From Chloroflexota bacterium (lineage in GTDB: Bacteria > Chloroflexota > Limnocylindria > P2-11E), in NCBI GenBank assembly GCA_021787445.1, contig JAJYLV010000003.1, positions 20,437 to 84,436 of the forward strand: a DNA stretch of 64,000 bases. The letters run 5' to 3'. The notes under the pieces were generated by a model that made no database searches, was not told the DNA's origin, and saw only the letters and a program-made list of their open reading frames with translations. Below, piece after piece: positions 9,479 through 17,799 of the stretch. The position numbers and the translations under genes are program-made. Numbering within the stretch: the stretch's first letter is position 1; each line of letters starts with the position of its first letter.

Positions 9479-9982
9479 ATGCGCTACGCGGAGGTGCCCG
9501 ACGTGAAGTGCAGGGAGCGGATCGAGACGTATCTACGCCAGGGCGGTGTCGAGTTCGACGTGCGCGAGCACCCGCTCGCGTTCACCGCGCAGGAGGTCGC
9601 CGGCTCCGAGCACGTGAAGGGGCGCGCCTTCGCGAAGGTCGTCATGGTCGTCGCCGACGGAGAGATGCGCATGATCGTTCTGCCGGCGTCCGAGAAGCTG
9701 AGCTTCGAGAGGCTCACGCGGGCCATCCGAGCGAAGAACGTCCGGCTGGCGAGCGAAGACGAGTTCGCGGGGCGCTTCGCGGATTGCGACCCCGGCGCGA
9801 TGCCGCCCTTTGGGCACCTCTACGGGCTCTCCGTCGTGATGGACGACACGCTCGCGACGAATGAGCGGATCGTGTTCCGTCTCGGGAGCCACACGACGAC
9901 GATGACGATGCGCTACGACGACTTCCAGCGCATCGAGAAGCCACGGCTGGCCGACCTCGGCGTCGCCCCCATCGCCGTGTGA
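9479..9982 (+). CDS. YbaK/ProX-type aminoacyl-tRNA deacylase (Cys-tRNA(Pro) deacylase-like)
   Basis: 167 aa; ...GRAFAKVVMVVADGEMRMIVLPASEKLSFERL...MPPFGHLYGLSVVMDDTLATNERIVF matches the YbaK/ProX editing domain. Confidence 0.65.
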   Translation: MRYAEVPDVKCRERIETYLRQGGVEFDVREHPLAFTAQEVAGSEHVKGRAFAKVVMVVADGEMRMIVLPASEKLSFERLTRAIRAKNVRLASEDEFAGRFADCDPGAMPPFGHLYGLSVVMDDTLATNERIVFRLGSHTTTMTMRYDDFQRIEKPRLADLGVAPIAV

Positions 9983-10317
9983 TACACGTCCGCTCTTGAC
10001 CAGCACCGGGCCAGGCTCGCGCGCGGCGTTGCCGGGCGACTCGCCCTGCCCTCCGCTATGAGTAGGGACATCCAGACCACCGCGTAACGCCGCCGGCATC
10101 GGCTGACGCTAGATCCCCGCGATCGCGCATGGTCCCTCCTGCCGAAGGGCTCGGTCTCATGCTCGCTCCGCACCGGCCGACGACCCTTCGATACATGGAA
10201 GGAGCCATCTGGCCGGTACCTCGTACCGCGACTTCCCCATTCACTTCCCGTTCAACTCCGTAGATCATGCGGTGCGGGTGGTGGTCCGCGGATGGGCGAT
10301 CTAGGGGAGGTCCGATC

Positions 10318-11007
10318 ATGCAATGCCAGCGAGGAAGCGGTGCAGGGATCCTCGTGGTCGATCTTGAGGGCGAGGTTTTCGGCACGCTGCATCGCCTCGA
10401 TCTCGGCGTCCCTCTCTGGTGCGTCGCGGACGCATCGCGCGTCACCCGCGTCGAGGACATGGCCCTGGCGATAGCGGCTACGTACGCGGCGGTCGACTGG
10501 GGCGCGATCCTGAGCCTGGCCAGCCGAGCGCGGACGATGATCGTCTCCCGCGTCCCGGCGCGCGGCGACGCGCTCCACGCTCTCTCGTGCGGGCTCATGG
10601 GATACCTCGCCGCGGACCTCGGTCCCGACGCGCTCCGGCGGTCGATCGAGGGAGCTCTGCGCGGTGAGCACGCGTACCAGAGGGACCTCGTCGGCGAATG
10701 GCTCGACCTGCAGCGTGGACGGAGCCCGAACGGGGACGTGCACGGGCTGACCCCCAGGCAGCTCGAGGTCCTCACCTTGGTGGCTCGTGGCGCGGCCGAC
10801 AAGGAGATCGCTCTCACGCTCGGCATCAGCACGGCGACCGCACAGAAGCACGTGACGAACATCCTCGAGCGGCTGCGGGTGCCGAACCGGGCCGCCGCGG
10901 TCGCCGCCGCGTTCAGCCCGGCCGCGAGCTGGATCGGAATAGATCGTGGCCGGCCCGAGGAGGACGTGGACCCGGTCCCGGTCGCACCGGGCTATGCGCG
11001 CGTCTAG
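10318..11007 (+). CDS. LuxR-family transcriptional regulator (atypical receiver + HTH)
   Basis: C-terminal LuxR HTH LTPRQLEVLTLVARGAADKEIALTLGISTATAQKHVTNILERLRV. N-terminal receiver-like ILVVDLEGE. The track ORF starts at 10267; MQCQ at 10318 is preferred. Confidence 0.65.
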   Translation: MQCQRGSGAGILVVDLEGEVFGTLHRLDLGVPLWCVADASRVTRVEDMALAIAATYAAVDWGAILSLASRARTMIVSRVPARGDALHALSCGLMGYLAADLGPDALRRSIEGALRGEHAYQRDLVGEWLDLQRGRSPNGDVHGLTPRQLEVLTLVARGAADKEIALTLGISTATAQKHVTNILERLRVPNRAAAVAAAFSPAASWIGIDRGRPEEDVDPVPVAPGYARV

Positions 11008-11680
11008 CGCGCTGCTCGTGCTGTGCGTCGCCGCTCTCGGGGCCGCGGCGACCGGCGAGGCGTCGGGGGTCGCCCCTGCGCAGCAGGTCCCGTCCAGCGG
11101 TCCCCTCCTCTCCCCGGACGTCGATGCGGGAGTGACAAGCGGGCCGGTCGCTCCGCTCCCGCCGACGTCCGGACCACCGATGGAGACGCCGACGATGACA
11201 CCGACCGCGACGGCGGAGCCGGCGCCGGCCGCGAGCGGATCGCCGTCGCCCGCGGCGATCCGGGCGGATCTGCGCCTGCAGCTCCCGCGTCTCGGCATCG
11301 ACCTGCCGCTCGTCATCGGCGATGTCACTCGGGACACGCCGGGACCGGCTTACCCGGGCGGCACGCCGGAGCGCGTCGCGCTCATCTACCCGACGAGCGC
11401 GCTTCCGGGGAGCGGTGGGAACACGTACGTCTACGCCCACGCCCGCCGAGGCATGTTCCTCTCGCTCTGGGGCGCGCAGCTGGGCGACACGCTGCGCATC
11501 CGATCGGAGAGCGCGGGGTCGGTGCTGACGTACACCGTCACGCGGGTCGTGCCGCGAGTGCCGCCGACCGACACGAGCTGGCTCGATCAGGGTGGGCCCG
11601 AGCGCGTGACGCTTCAGACCTCGACCGGCGCGCTCCCGACCGATCCCCGTTTCGTCGTCGTCGCCGTGCGTGATCGGTAG
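10994..11680 (+). CDS. Sortase-fold protein (class E/F-like) with Ser in place of catalytic Cys
   Basis: Signal/anchor MRASSALLVLCVAALGAAATG followed by a Pro/Thr-rich linker. Sortase-like core GNTYVYAHARRGMF...LGDTLRI...VLTYTVTRV...ERVTLQTSTG...R (His and Arg conserved; TLXTC is TLQTS). Start set at the ATG at 10994 inside track ORF 10946. Confidence 0.55.
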   Translation: MRASSALLVLCVAALGAAATGEASGVAPAQQVPSSGPLLSPDVDAGVTSGPVAPLPPTSGPPMETPTMTPTATAEPAPAASGSPSPAAIRADLRLQLPRLGIDLPLVIGDVTRDTPGPAYPGGTPERVALIYPTSALPGSGGNTYVYAHARRGMFLSLWGAQLGDTLRIRSESAGSVLTYTVTRVVPRVPPTDTSWLDQGGPERVTLQTSTGALPTDPRFVVVAVRDR

Positions 11681-11767
11681 CGCGCGTACGGCGACCGCAT
11701 GACCCGCTGGGGGATGCGGTAAGCACTCGGTATTGACGTACCGCGACGGGTAGCGTGCGATCGACGC

Positions 11768-12388
11768 GTGGGCCTGAGGGTCTGCGTCGTCGACCGCTCT
11801 GACGGCCGCGCGGCGTATCCGCGCCTCGACGAAGCGAAGGTCGACGTGATGGCGCACGTCCCGCGCGTCGAGCTCTTCTCGCCGGATCTCGCGCGCGCCT
11901 ACGACGTCGTTCTGCTCGGCGCGCTGGGCAGCGACGCCGCGCGACCCGCCTGGCAGGAAGCGATCCGGCACGTGACGCTCGTCCGGCCCACGCTCGCGGT
12001 CGTGGAGAGCTCGGACGTCGGCACGATCGCGCTCCTGGCGCCCGTCACGGGCCTGCGGGGATGCGTCGACCGCGCGGTCACCCCCGACGCGATGCGCCGC
12101 AGCCTCGAGGTGGTGGCCAGAGGCGAGACCGCGTTCCCGCATGCCGCGGTCTCGTCGCTCCTGCAGGCGGACCGCGGCTCACGCGCCACGATCCGCCTGC
12201 GGCTCACGCCTCGGCAGCAGGAGATCGCCGAGCTCATCGCGCAGGGCGCGACGGATCGGGAGATCGCGCGCACCCTCCACATCAGCGAGTCGACGGCGCA
12301 CAAGCACGTCCAGAACGCGCTGCGTCGCCTCGGCGCGCGGACGCGGAGCCACCTCGTTGCACGCATGGGGTCCATCTCGTCTACCTAG
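11768..12388 (+). CDS. LuxR-family response regulator, atypical (phospho-Asp position not conserved)
   Basis: Receiver-like N-terminus LRVCVVDRSDG...DVVLLGALG. C-terminal LuxR HTH LTPRQQEIAELIAQGATDREIARTLHISESTAHKHVQNALRRLG. Confidence 0.65.
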   Translation: MGLRVCVVDRSDGRAAYPRLDEAKVDVMAHVPRVELFSPDLARAYDVVLLGALGSDAARPAWQEAIRHVTLVRPTLAVVESSDVGTIALLAPVTGLRGCVDRAVTPDAMRRSLEVVARGETAFPHAAVSSLLQADRGSRATIRLRLTPRQQEIAELIAQGATDREIARTLHISESTAHKHVQNALRRLGARTRSHLVARMGSISST

Positions 12389-12453
12389 ACGACCGAGCGC
12401 GCGGTCGATCTTCGGTATTCCTCCCACCGTCCACGGTCCATACGGTGCCGCGC

Positions 12454-12876
12454 ATGAGCCCCAGGCCGGTGGGACTCCATGGTGACGGCGGGCAGAGCCT
12501 CGTCGAGATCGCTCTTGCCCTTCCGCTGCTGCTCGCCGTCGTCGTCGGGATCGCCGACGTCGCCTCCGTCTACCGCCGCACGATCGCGGTCACGAACGCC
12601 GCTCGCGAGGCGGCGATGTTCGCCGTCCGCGAGCCCGGCGCGACGCTGACCCAGGTCGTCCAGCGCGCCTGCGACGAGATGAGCGGCACCCTGGACGCGC
12701 CCTGCCCTCCCGAGGTGACGGTCACGGCCTCGCCCATCCCGTCGCGCGGCGCCACCGTCAGGGTGGACGTCGTCTACCGGTTCACGCCGATGTCGCTGAC
12801 GCTCGTCGAGCGTCTCCTGCCGAGCGCGGAGATCCCCATCCGTGCCGCCGTGGTCTTCCCGGGGTACGGACGATGA
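12454..12876 (+). CDS. TadE-like pilus assembly protein
   Basis: 140 aa; N-terminus GQSLVEIALALPLLLAVVVGIADVASVYRR is typical of the TadE/TadF pseudopilin-like family. ATG at 12454 inside track ORF 12061. Confidence 0.7.
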   Translation: MSPRPVGLHGDGGQSLVEIALALPLLLAVVVGIADVASVYRRTIAVTNAAREAAMFAVREPGATLTQVVQRACDEMSGTLDAPCPPEVTVTASPIPSRGATVRVDVVYRFTPMSLTLVERLLPSAEIPIRAAVVFPGYGR

Positions 12877-13322
12877 GGATCGGACGCGCGGGCGAGCGCG
12901 GCGTCAGCACCGTCGAGCTCGCGCTCATGCTGCCCGTCGTCCTCGTCCTGCTCCTCGGCTCTCTCGACCTCGCACGCGTGATGAACGCGGAGCTCGTCGT
13001 CAGCTCGGCGAGCCGCGAGGGCGCACGGTACGCGACGCTCCATCCCAGCGCGGCGCCGGCGGCGATCGTCGACGCGGTGCTCGCGAGGTCGGTGCCGCTG
13101 GATCGCGAACGGGTCGTCGTGAGCGCGAGCTACGACGAGGGTGCGGGAGCGCTGCCGTGGCCCGAGACGGGCCTCCCGGCGTCCGGCGCCACCGCCCGCC
13201 GCATCGCCGTCACCGTGGACGTCGCCTATCCCTGGCGCGCGGCGACGTTCTTCGGCGGCTCGATCCTGGGGCGGAGCGGGGTGCGGCTGGGTTCGACGTC
13301 AACGATGGAGGCGTGGTGGTGA
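12873..13322 (+). CDS. TadE-like pilus assembly protein (second copy)
   Basis: 149 aa; GVSTVELALMLPVVLVLLLGSLDLARVMNAELVVSSASREGARYA; start ATGA-coupled to upstream stop. Confidence 0.7.
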   Translation: MRIGRAGERGVSTVELALMLPVVLVLLLGSLDLARVMNAELVVSSASREGARYATLHPSAAPAAIVDAVLARSVPLDRERVVVSASYDEGAGALPWPETGLPASGATARRIAVTVDVAYPWRAATFFGGSILGRSGVRLGSTSTMEAWW

Positions 13323-14851
13323 ACCATCCGAAGGGCATCCTGAGCCGGACCGAGGGGCAGAGCCTCGTGATCGTCGCCCTCTCGATGATCGTCCTCATCG
13401 GCGCCCTCGCGTTCGCGATCGACTGGGGCTACGGGCTCACGCAGCGGCGAGCGATGTCGAACTCCGCTGAGGCCGGCGCACTCGGCGCCGGTGTGCTCCT
13501 CGCGCGCTCCGTGGTGCCCACGACCGACGGCTTCGTCTTCAGCCGTTCTCAGGAGGAGACCTACTGCGCCGCGGAGGCCGCCGCCGCGCTCGACCGTGAC
13601 TTCGCGCCGGCGGGGGCCGAGTACTCGCTGACCGTCGAAGGCTTTGCCGACCGCGCGACGCAGCCGGCCTGGAGCCTCAGCGGCATCGCGTGCCCGGCCG
13701 CCTCGCGCACGACCCTCCCGATCGAGACCCGCACGCTCCGCGTCGTCGCGACGGTGAGCTACCGCTCCCTCATCGCATCGGTCGTCGGCTGGCCGCAGAT
13801 GACGGCCGCCGGCTCGATCCGGGCGCGCATCGTGGGCGTGCCCTACGACGCGTCCGGACGGAACGTCTGGCCGATGGTCCGCCACTACGACGCGAGCGAC
13901 CTGGTGCAGAAGTGCGACGATCCGTGCGATCCCCTCGGCGCCGAGCCGTTCACGTTCTGGTCGCCGCAAGGCACCGAGCCGAACATGGTCTACGGCAACT
14001 TCAAAGGCCAGGTCGACCTTTCGAAGCGGTCCTCGCGCGAGCCGGACCCGACGATCGACCAGCTGATCCACCAGTGGGATGAGAGCGGATCGCCCGAGGC
14101 GGGCACGCAGCCGAAGCCGGACCTCAGCGGCAATTGCAAGGGCTCCTGGGACACCATCGGCGGCGACGACGAGAGCGTCGACAAGCAGTGCAGCATCCCG
14201 AACTGGTTCTATTACTTCTTCGGCGGGGAGCTGAGCCTCGACGAAGCACCGACCGGCCACCCCGGCGCGGAGCCGCCGAGCCCGATCGGGCCGCGGCCGA
14301 CCATCTGCGCCGACGTGCCCGGCTGGATAGAGGCACCGTCGTGCGCGCCCGGCAAGGCAGGCGTCGGCGACTGGGTCGAGACGGCGACGGGCAACGTCGG
14401 CGTCAACAACTCCGAGCTCATGGTCGAGGCGATCCGACGGGCGTATGCCGAGGGCTACGGCTTCACGACGCCGTACTCCGACCTTCCGGTACCCGGCAAG
14501 CAGAACATGGTCTTCGGCAAAGCCCTCGTCGTCACGATCTTCATGTGGGACTGCGCGGAGACCTACTCGTCGAACGCGCCGCAGGGTGAGCGCTGGTCCC
14601 TCATCGACGGCGGCACGCTGCCCGACGGCACGAACGACTGCTCGCAGATCCCTCAGACGGGGAGCACGCCGATGCCCGACCGTGTGCACCTGTTCACCGT
14701 CGTGCCCTTCACCTTCTACGAGGGGCTCATCGAGACGAGCTCCATCCGCGGCTACTGGGGCGGAGCGGTGGGGTCCGCCGACGGCTGCCCCACCGGCGAC
14801 TGCTCGCTGGACCCGCTGACCAACACCGTGATCTTGAGACCGGATGAGTGA
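13313..14851 (+). CDS. TadG-like / pilus-assembly protein with N-terminal Tad pseudopilin segment
   Basis: N-terminus KGILSRTEGQSLVIVALSMIVLIGALAFAIDWGYGLTQRRAMSNSAEAGALGAG (TadG/Tad_N-like), then a large Cys-rich extracellular domain. Likely GTG start at ~13313-13319, in frame with track ORF 12842. Confidence 0.6.
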   Translation: MVVNHPKGILSRTEGQSLVIVALSMIVLIGALAFAIDWGYGLTQRRAMSNSAEAGALGAGVLLARSVVPTTDGFVFSRSQEETYCAAEAAAALDRDFAPAGAEYSLTVEGFADRATQPAWSLSGIACPAASRTTLPIETRTLRVVATVSYRSLIASVVGWPQMTAAGSIRARIVGVPYDASGRNVWPMVRHYDASDLVQKCDDPCDPLGAEPFTFWSPQGTEPNMVYGNFKGQVDLSKRSSREPDPTIDQLIHQWDESGSPEAGTQPKPDLSGNCKGSWDTIGGDDESVDKQCSIPNWFYYFFGGELSLDEAPTGHPGAEPPSPIGPRPTICADVPGWIEAPSCAPGKAGVGDWVETATGNVGVNNSELMVEAIRRAYAEGYGFTTPYSDLPVPGKQNMVFGKALVVTIFMWDCAETYSSNAPQGERWSLIDGGTLPDGTNDCSQIPQTGSTPMPDRVHLFTVVPFTFYEGLIETSSIRGYWGGAVGSADGCPTGDCSLDPLTNTVILRPDE

Positions 14852-15587
14852 TGACATGAGGAAGGCTTCAGCGCTTCTTCTTCTGACCGCGTTCGTCCTG
14901 GCCGGCCTGACCGGGTGGTCCATCTACACGATCGCGACGCGCGTCGCACCCCCGCCGGCCGCGGCCGCGGGCCCGGCGGCGGCCCCGAGCGTCGAGGTGG
15001 TCGTCGCCGCGGCGGACATCCCGGTCCGCAGCGTGATCACCGCGAAGCAGCTCGAGCGCCGCTCGCTGCCGGCCGACGCCGTCCCTCCCGCCGCCATCCG
15101 CTCGATGAGCGAGGCGCTCGGCCAGACGACGCTCGTGCCGATCTCCAAAGGACTGCCGATCGTGACGACGACCCTCGTCGCCGCCGAGGGCCGCACGGGC
15201 GCGTCGCTGACGGTCGACCCCGGAAAGGTGCTCGTCGCATTCCCCACCAGCGACCCGCTCACGACGGCCGGCCTCGTCGCGGTCGGCGACCACATCGACA
15301 TCCTCGCCACGATCGCCGTCGGCAAGGGCGAGGACATCAAGAAGACGCAGACGACGCTGCAGGACCTCGAGGTCGTCGAGGTCCTGCGGCCGACGAAGGA
15401 TCAGCCGGGGCGCGTGCAGGCACTGACACTGGAGGTCGACCACCAGGTCGCGCTCGTCCTGAAGTACCTCCGCGACGCCCAGGCGACGATCGACATCGTC
15501 GTGCGCTCGACCGTAGAGCACGCGCTGACCAAGACGACGACGGTCGACACGACCTATCTCGTCGACACGTATGGGATCACGCGATGA
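14844..15587 (+). CDS. cpaB: Flp pilus assembly protein CpaB/RcpC
   Basis: 247 aa; N-terminal TM, then SAF-like AAADIPVRSVITAKQLERRSLPADAVPPAAI and a beta-rich C-terminus; positioned upstream of cpaF. Confidence 0.7.
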   Translation: MSDDMRKASALLLLTAFVLAGLTGWSIYTIATRVAPPPAAAAGPAAAPSVEVVVAAADIPVRSVITAKQLERRSLPADAVPPAAIRSMSEALGQTTLVPISKGLPIVTTTLVAAEGRTGASLTVDPGKVLVAFPTSDPLTTAGLVAVGDHIDILATIAVGKGEDIKKTQTTLQDLEVVEVLRPTKDQPGRVQALTLEVDHQVALVLKYLRDAQATIDIVVRSTVEHALTKTTTVDTTYLVDTYGITR

Positions 15588-16996
15588 ACGCCGTACACAC
15601 TCCTATCGGTGATCTTCACGCCGCCCTCGAGCGGGCCCGTCGGCCCCGGGCCGACGCCGTCGTTCCGGCGACGGCCGTCAAGGCGCCTTCGTCCAACGAC
15701 GGCATCGAGCGAGCCGGCTGCGCGAGGGTGCGCACGGAGAAGGAACAGGAGCTCGTCCATTCCGTCCACACCCGCGTGACGCCGGCGCTCGGCCGTCTCG
15801 GGGACGAGATGTCGCGCGACGCGCTGAATACGGCGCTGCAGGACGAGATCGCGACGGCCGTGAGCGAGCAGGACCTGCGCGTGACCGACGAGGACCGCGG
15901 CCGTCTGCTCGGGGCCGTCCTCGACGAGCTCGTCGGGCTGGGGCCCATCCAGGTCCTCGTCGACGACGACGACCTCACTGAGGTGATGGTCAACGGACCG
16001 GAGCAGGTGTGGATCGAACGCAACGGCAAGCTCTTCCTCACGGACGTGCGCTTCCGGGACGCCGACCACGTCACGCGGATCATCCAGCGCATCGTCGCCC
16101 CCATCGGCCGACGCTGCGACGAGTCGTCGCCCATGGTCGACGCGCGCCTCGCCGACGGCTCGCGTGTCAACGCGATCATCCCGCCGCTCTCCCTCGTCGG
16201 ACCCGTGCTCACGATCCGCAAGTTCCGGCGGGCGCCGCTGACCCCCGCCGACCTGCTCCAGAACGGCACGATCGGACCGGAGGCGCTCGAGTTCCTCTCC
16301 GCCTGCGTCCGCGGGCGCCTCAACGTCATCGTCGCCGGCGGAACGGGTGCCGGGAAAACGACGCTGCTCAACACGCTGTCGTCGTTCATCGGAGCGCGCG
16401 AGCGCGTCGTGACCATCGAGGACGCCGCGGAGCTGCGCCTCGCGCAGGTCCACGTCATCACGCTCGAGTCACGGCCCCCGAACATCGAGGGCCAGGGCAC
16501 GGTCACGATCCGAGACCTCTTCCGGAACGCGCTGCGCATGCGACCGGATCGCATCGTCATCGGCGAGTGCCGCAGCGCCGAGGCCCTGGACATGCTCCAG
16601 GCGATGAACACCGGCCACGACGGATCGCTCACGACCATCCACTCCAACGGTCCGCGCGACGCGCTCGCGCGGGTCGAGACGATGGTCCTCCTCGCCGCCG
16701 ACCTCCCGCTGCGCGCCATCCGCGAGCAGATCGCGGCGGCCATCGACCTCGTCGTCTACGTCGAGCGCATGCAAGACGGACAGCGCCGCGTCACGCAGAT
16801 CACCGAGGTACGCGGGATGGAGGGCGAGATCATCACGATGCAGGACATCTATTCGTTCCAGCGGCGCGGCTTCGACGGCGAGCGCATCAGCGGTGCCCTT
16901 CTCCCGACCGGCATCCGGCCCGGATCCGCCGAAAAGCTCATGGCGCACGGGATCGACGTGCCGCCGAAGTGGTTCGGCTACGGGGACGCGCGGTGA
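15584..16996 (+). CDS. cpaF: Tad secretion ATPase CpaF/TadA
   Basis: Walker A VAGGTGAGKTTLLN, Walker B/Asp box RVVTIEDAAEL, His box, and NTGHDGSLTTIHSNGPRDALARVETMV; typical T2SS-E/VirB11-like. ATG at 15584 (ATGA overlap with the cpaB stop). Confidence 0.85.
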   Translation: MNAVHTPIGDLHAALERARRPRADAVVPATAVKAPSSNDGIERAGCARVRTEKEQELVHSVHTRVTPALGRLGDEMSRDALNTALQDEIATAVSEQDLRVTDEDRGRLLGAVLDELVGLGPIQVLVDDDDLTEVMVNGPEQVWIERNGKLFLTDVRFRDADHVTRIIQRIVAPIGRRCDESSPMVDARLADGSRVNAIIPPLSLVGPVLTIRKFRRAPLTPADLLQNGTIGPEALEFLSACVRGRLNVIVAGGTGAGKTTLLNTLSSFIGARERVVTIEDAAELRLAQVHVITLESRPPNIEGQGTVTIRDLFRNALRMRPDRIVIGECRSAEALDMLQAMNTGHDGSLTTIHSNGPRDALARVETMVLLAADLPLRAIREQIAAAIDLVVYVERMQDGQRRVTQITEVRGMEGEIITMQDIYSFQRRGFDGERISGALLPTGIRPGSAEKLMAHGIDVPPKWFGYGDAR

Positions 16997-17799
16997 CCGT
17001 GCCGGAGCCTCTGGTCCCCGCCGTCCTCGGTGCGGCCGCGATGGCCACCGCTGTCGTCGCGCTGTGGACGCCGGGATGGCGCCGACGGCACGTTCTCGGA
17101 CAGCTCGTCTCCCGGCTCGTCGACGAGCGCGGCCTGGCGCGGGACCTCGGCGGCGGCCGCCGACGCTCGTCGCGCCTCGCTCCCGTCCCGACGCGGACCG
17201 GCCCGATCGACCGGATCGCGCGGACGCTCGCGTCGCTGTCGCCGTGGGAGCGGAGGCGACGCTCGCGGTTCCGCGAACAGCTCGCCGATAGCCTTTCCCT
17301 GCTCGCGAGCTCGGTGCGGGCGGGGCACACGCTGGTGCAGGCGTTCGAGCAGCTCGCGCGCGAGGCGCCCGCGCCGACGGGCGCGGCGTTCGCGGCCGTC
17401 GTGCGCGAGATCGGTCTCGGCGCCGCTCACGACGACGCTCTGCACCGCCTCGCACGCCGCTTCCCTTCGGAGGAGGTCGACCTCTTCGTCACCGCGGTGA
17501 ACGTGCAGGACCAGGTCGGCGGCAGCCTCGCGAAGGTCCTCGACTCGATCGCCTACACGCTGCGCGAGCGCGCGCGCATCGAAGGCGACATCCGCGCGCT
17601 CACGGCGCAGCAGCGCTACTCGGCGTACGTGCTCGCGCTCCTGCCCGTCGCCGTCGCCGCGATGCTCACCCTCGTCGGCCCCGACTACATGGCACCGCTG
17701 TACGAGCCCGGGGCACTGCGGATCGTGCTGGTCCTCGCGGGACTCCTGATCCTCGTCGGGTTCCTGATCATGCGCCGGATCGCGGCGATCGATGTCTAG
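16993..17799 (+). CDS. tadB: Tad pilus assembly inner-membrane protein TadB (T2SS-F domain)
   Basis: GTG at 16993 overlapping the cpaF stop; N-terminal TM, then T2SSF-like LADSLSLLASSVRAGHTLVQAFEQLAREAP...VNVQDQVGGSLAKVLDSIAYTLRER, and C-terminal TMs. Confidence 0.75.
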   Translation: MTVPEPLVPAVLGAAAMATAVVALWTPGWRRRHVLGQLVSRLVDERGLARDLGGGRRRSSRLAPVPTRTGPIDRIARTLASLSPWERRRRSRFREQLADSLSLLASSVRAGHTLVQAFEQLAREAPAPTGAAFAAVVREIGLGAAHDDALHRLARRFPSEEVDLFVTAVNVQDQVGGSLAKVLDSIAYTLRERARIEGDIRALTAQQRYSAYVLALLPVAVAAMLTLVGPDYMAPLYEPGALRIVLVLAGLLILVGFLIMRRIAAIDV

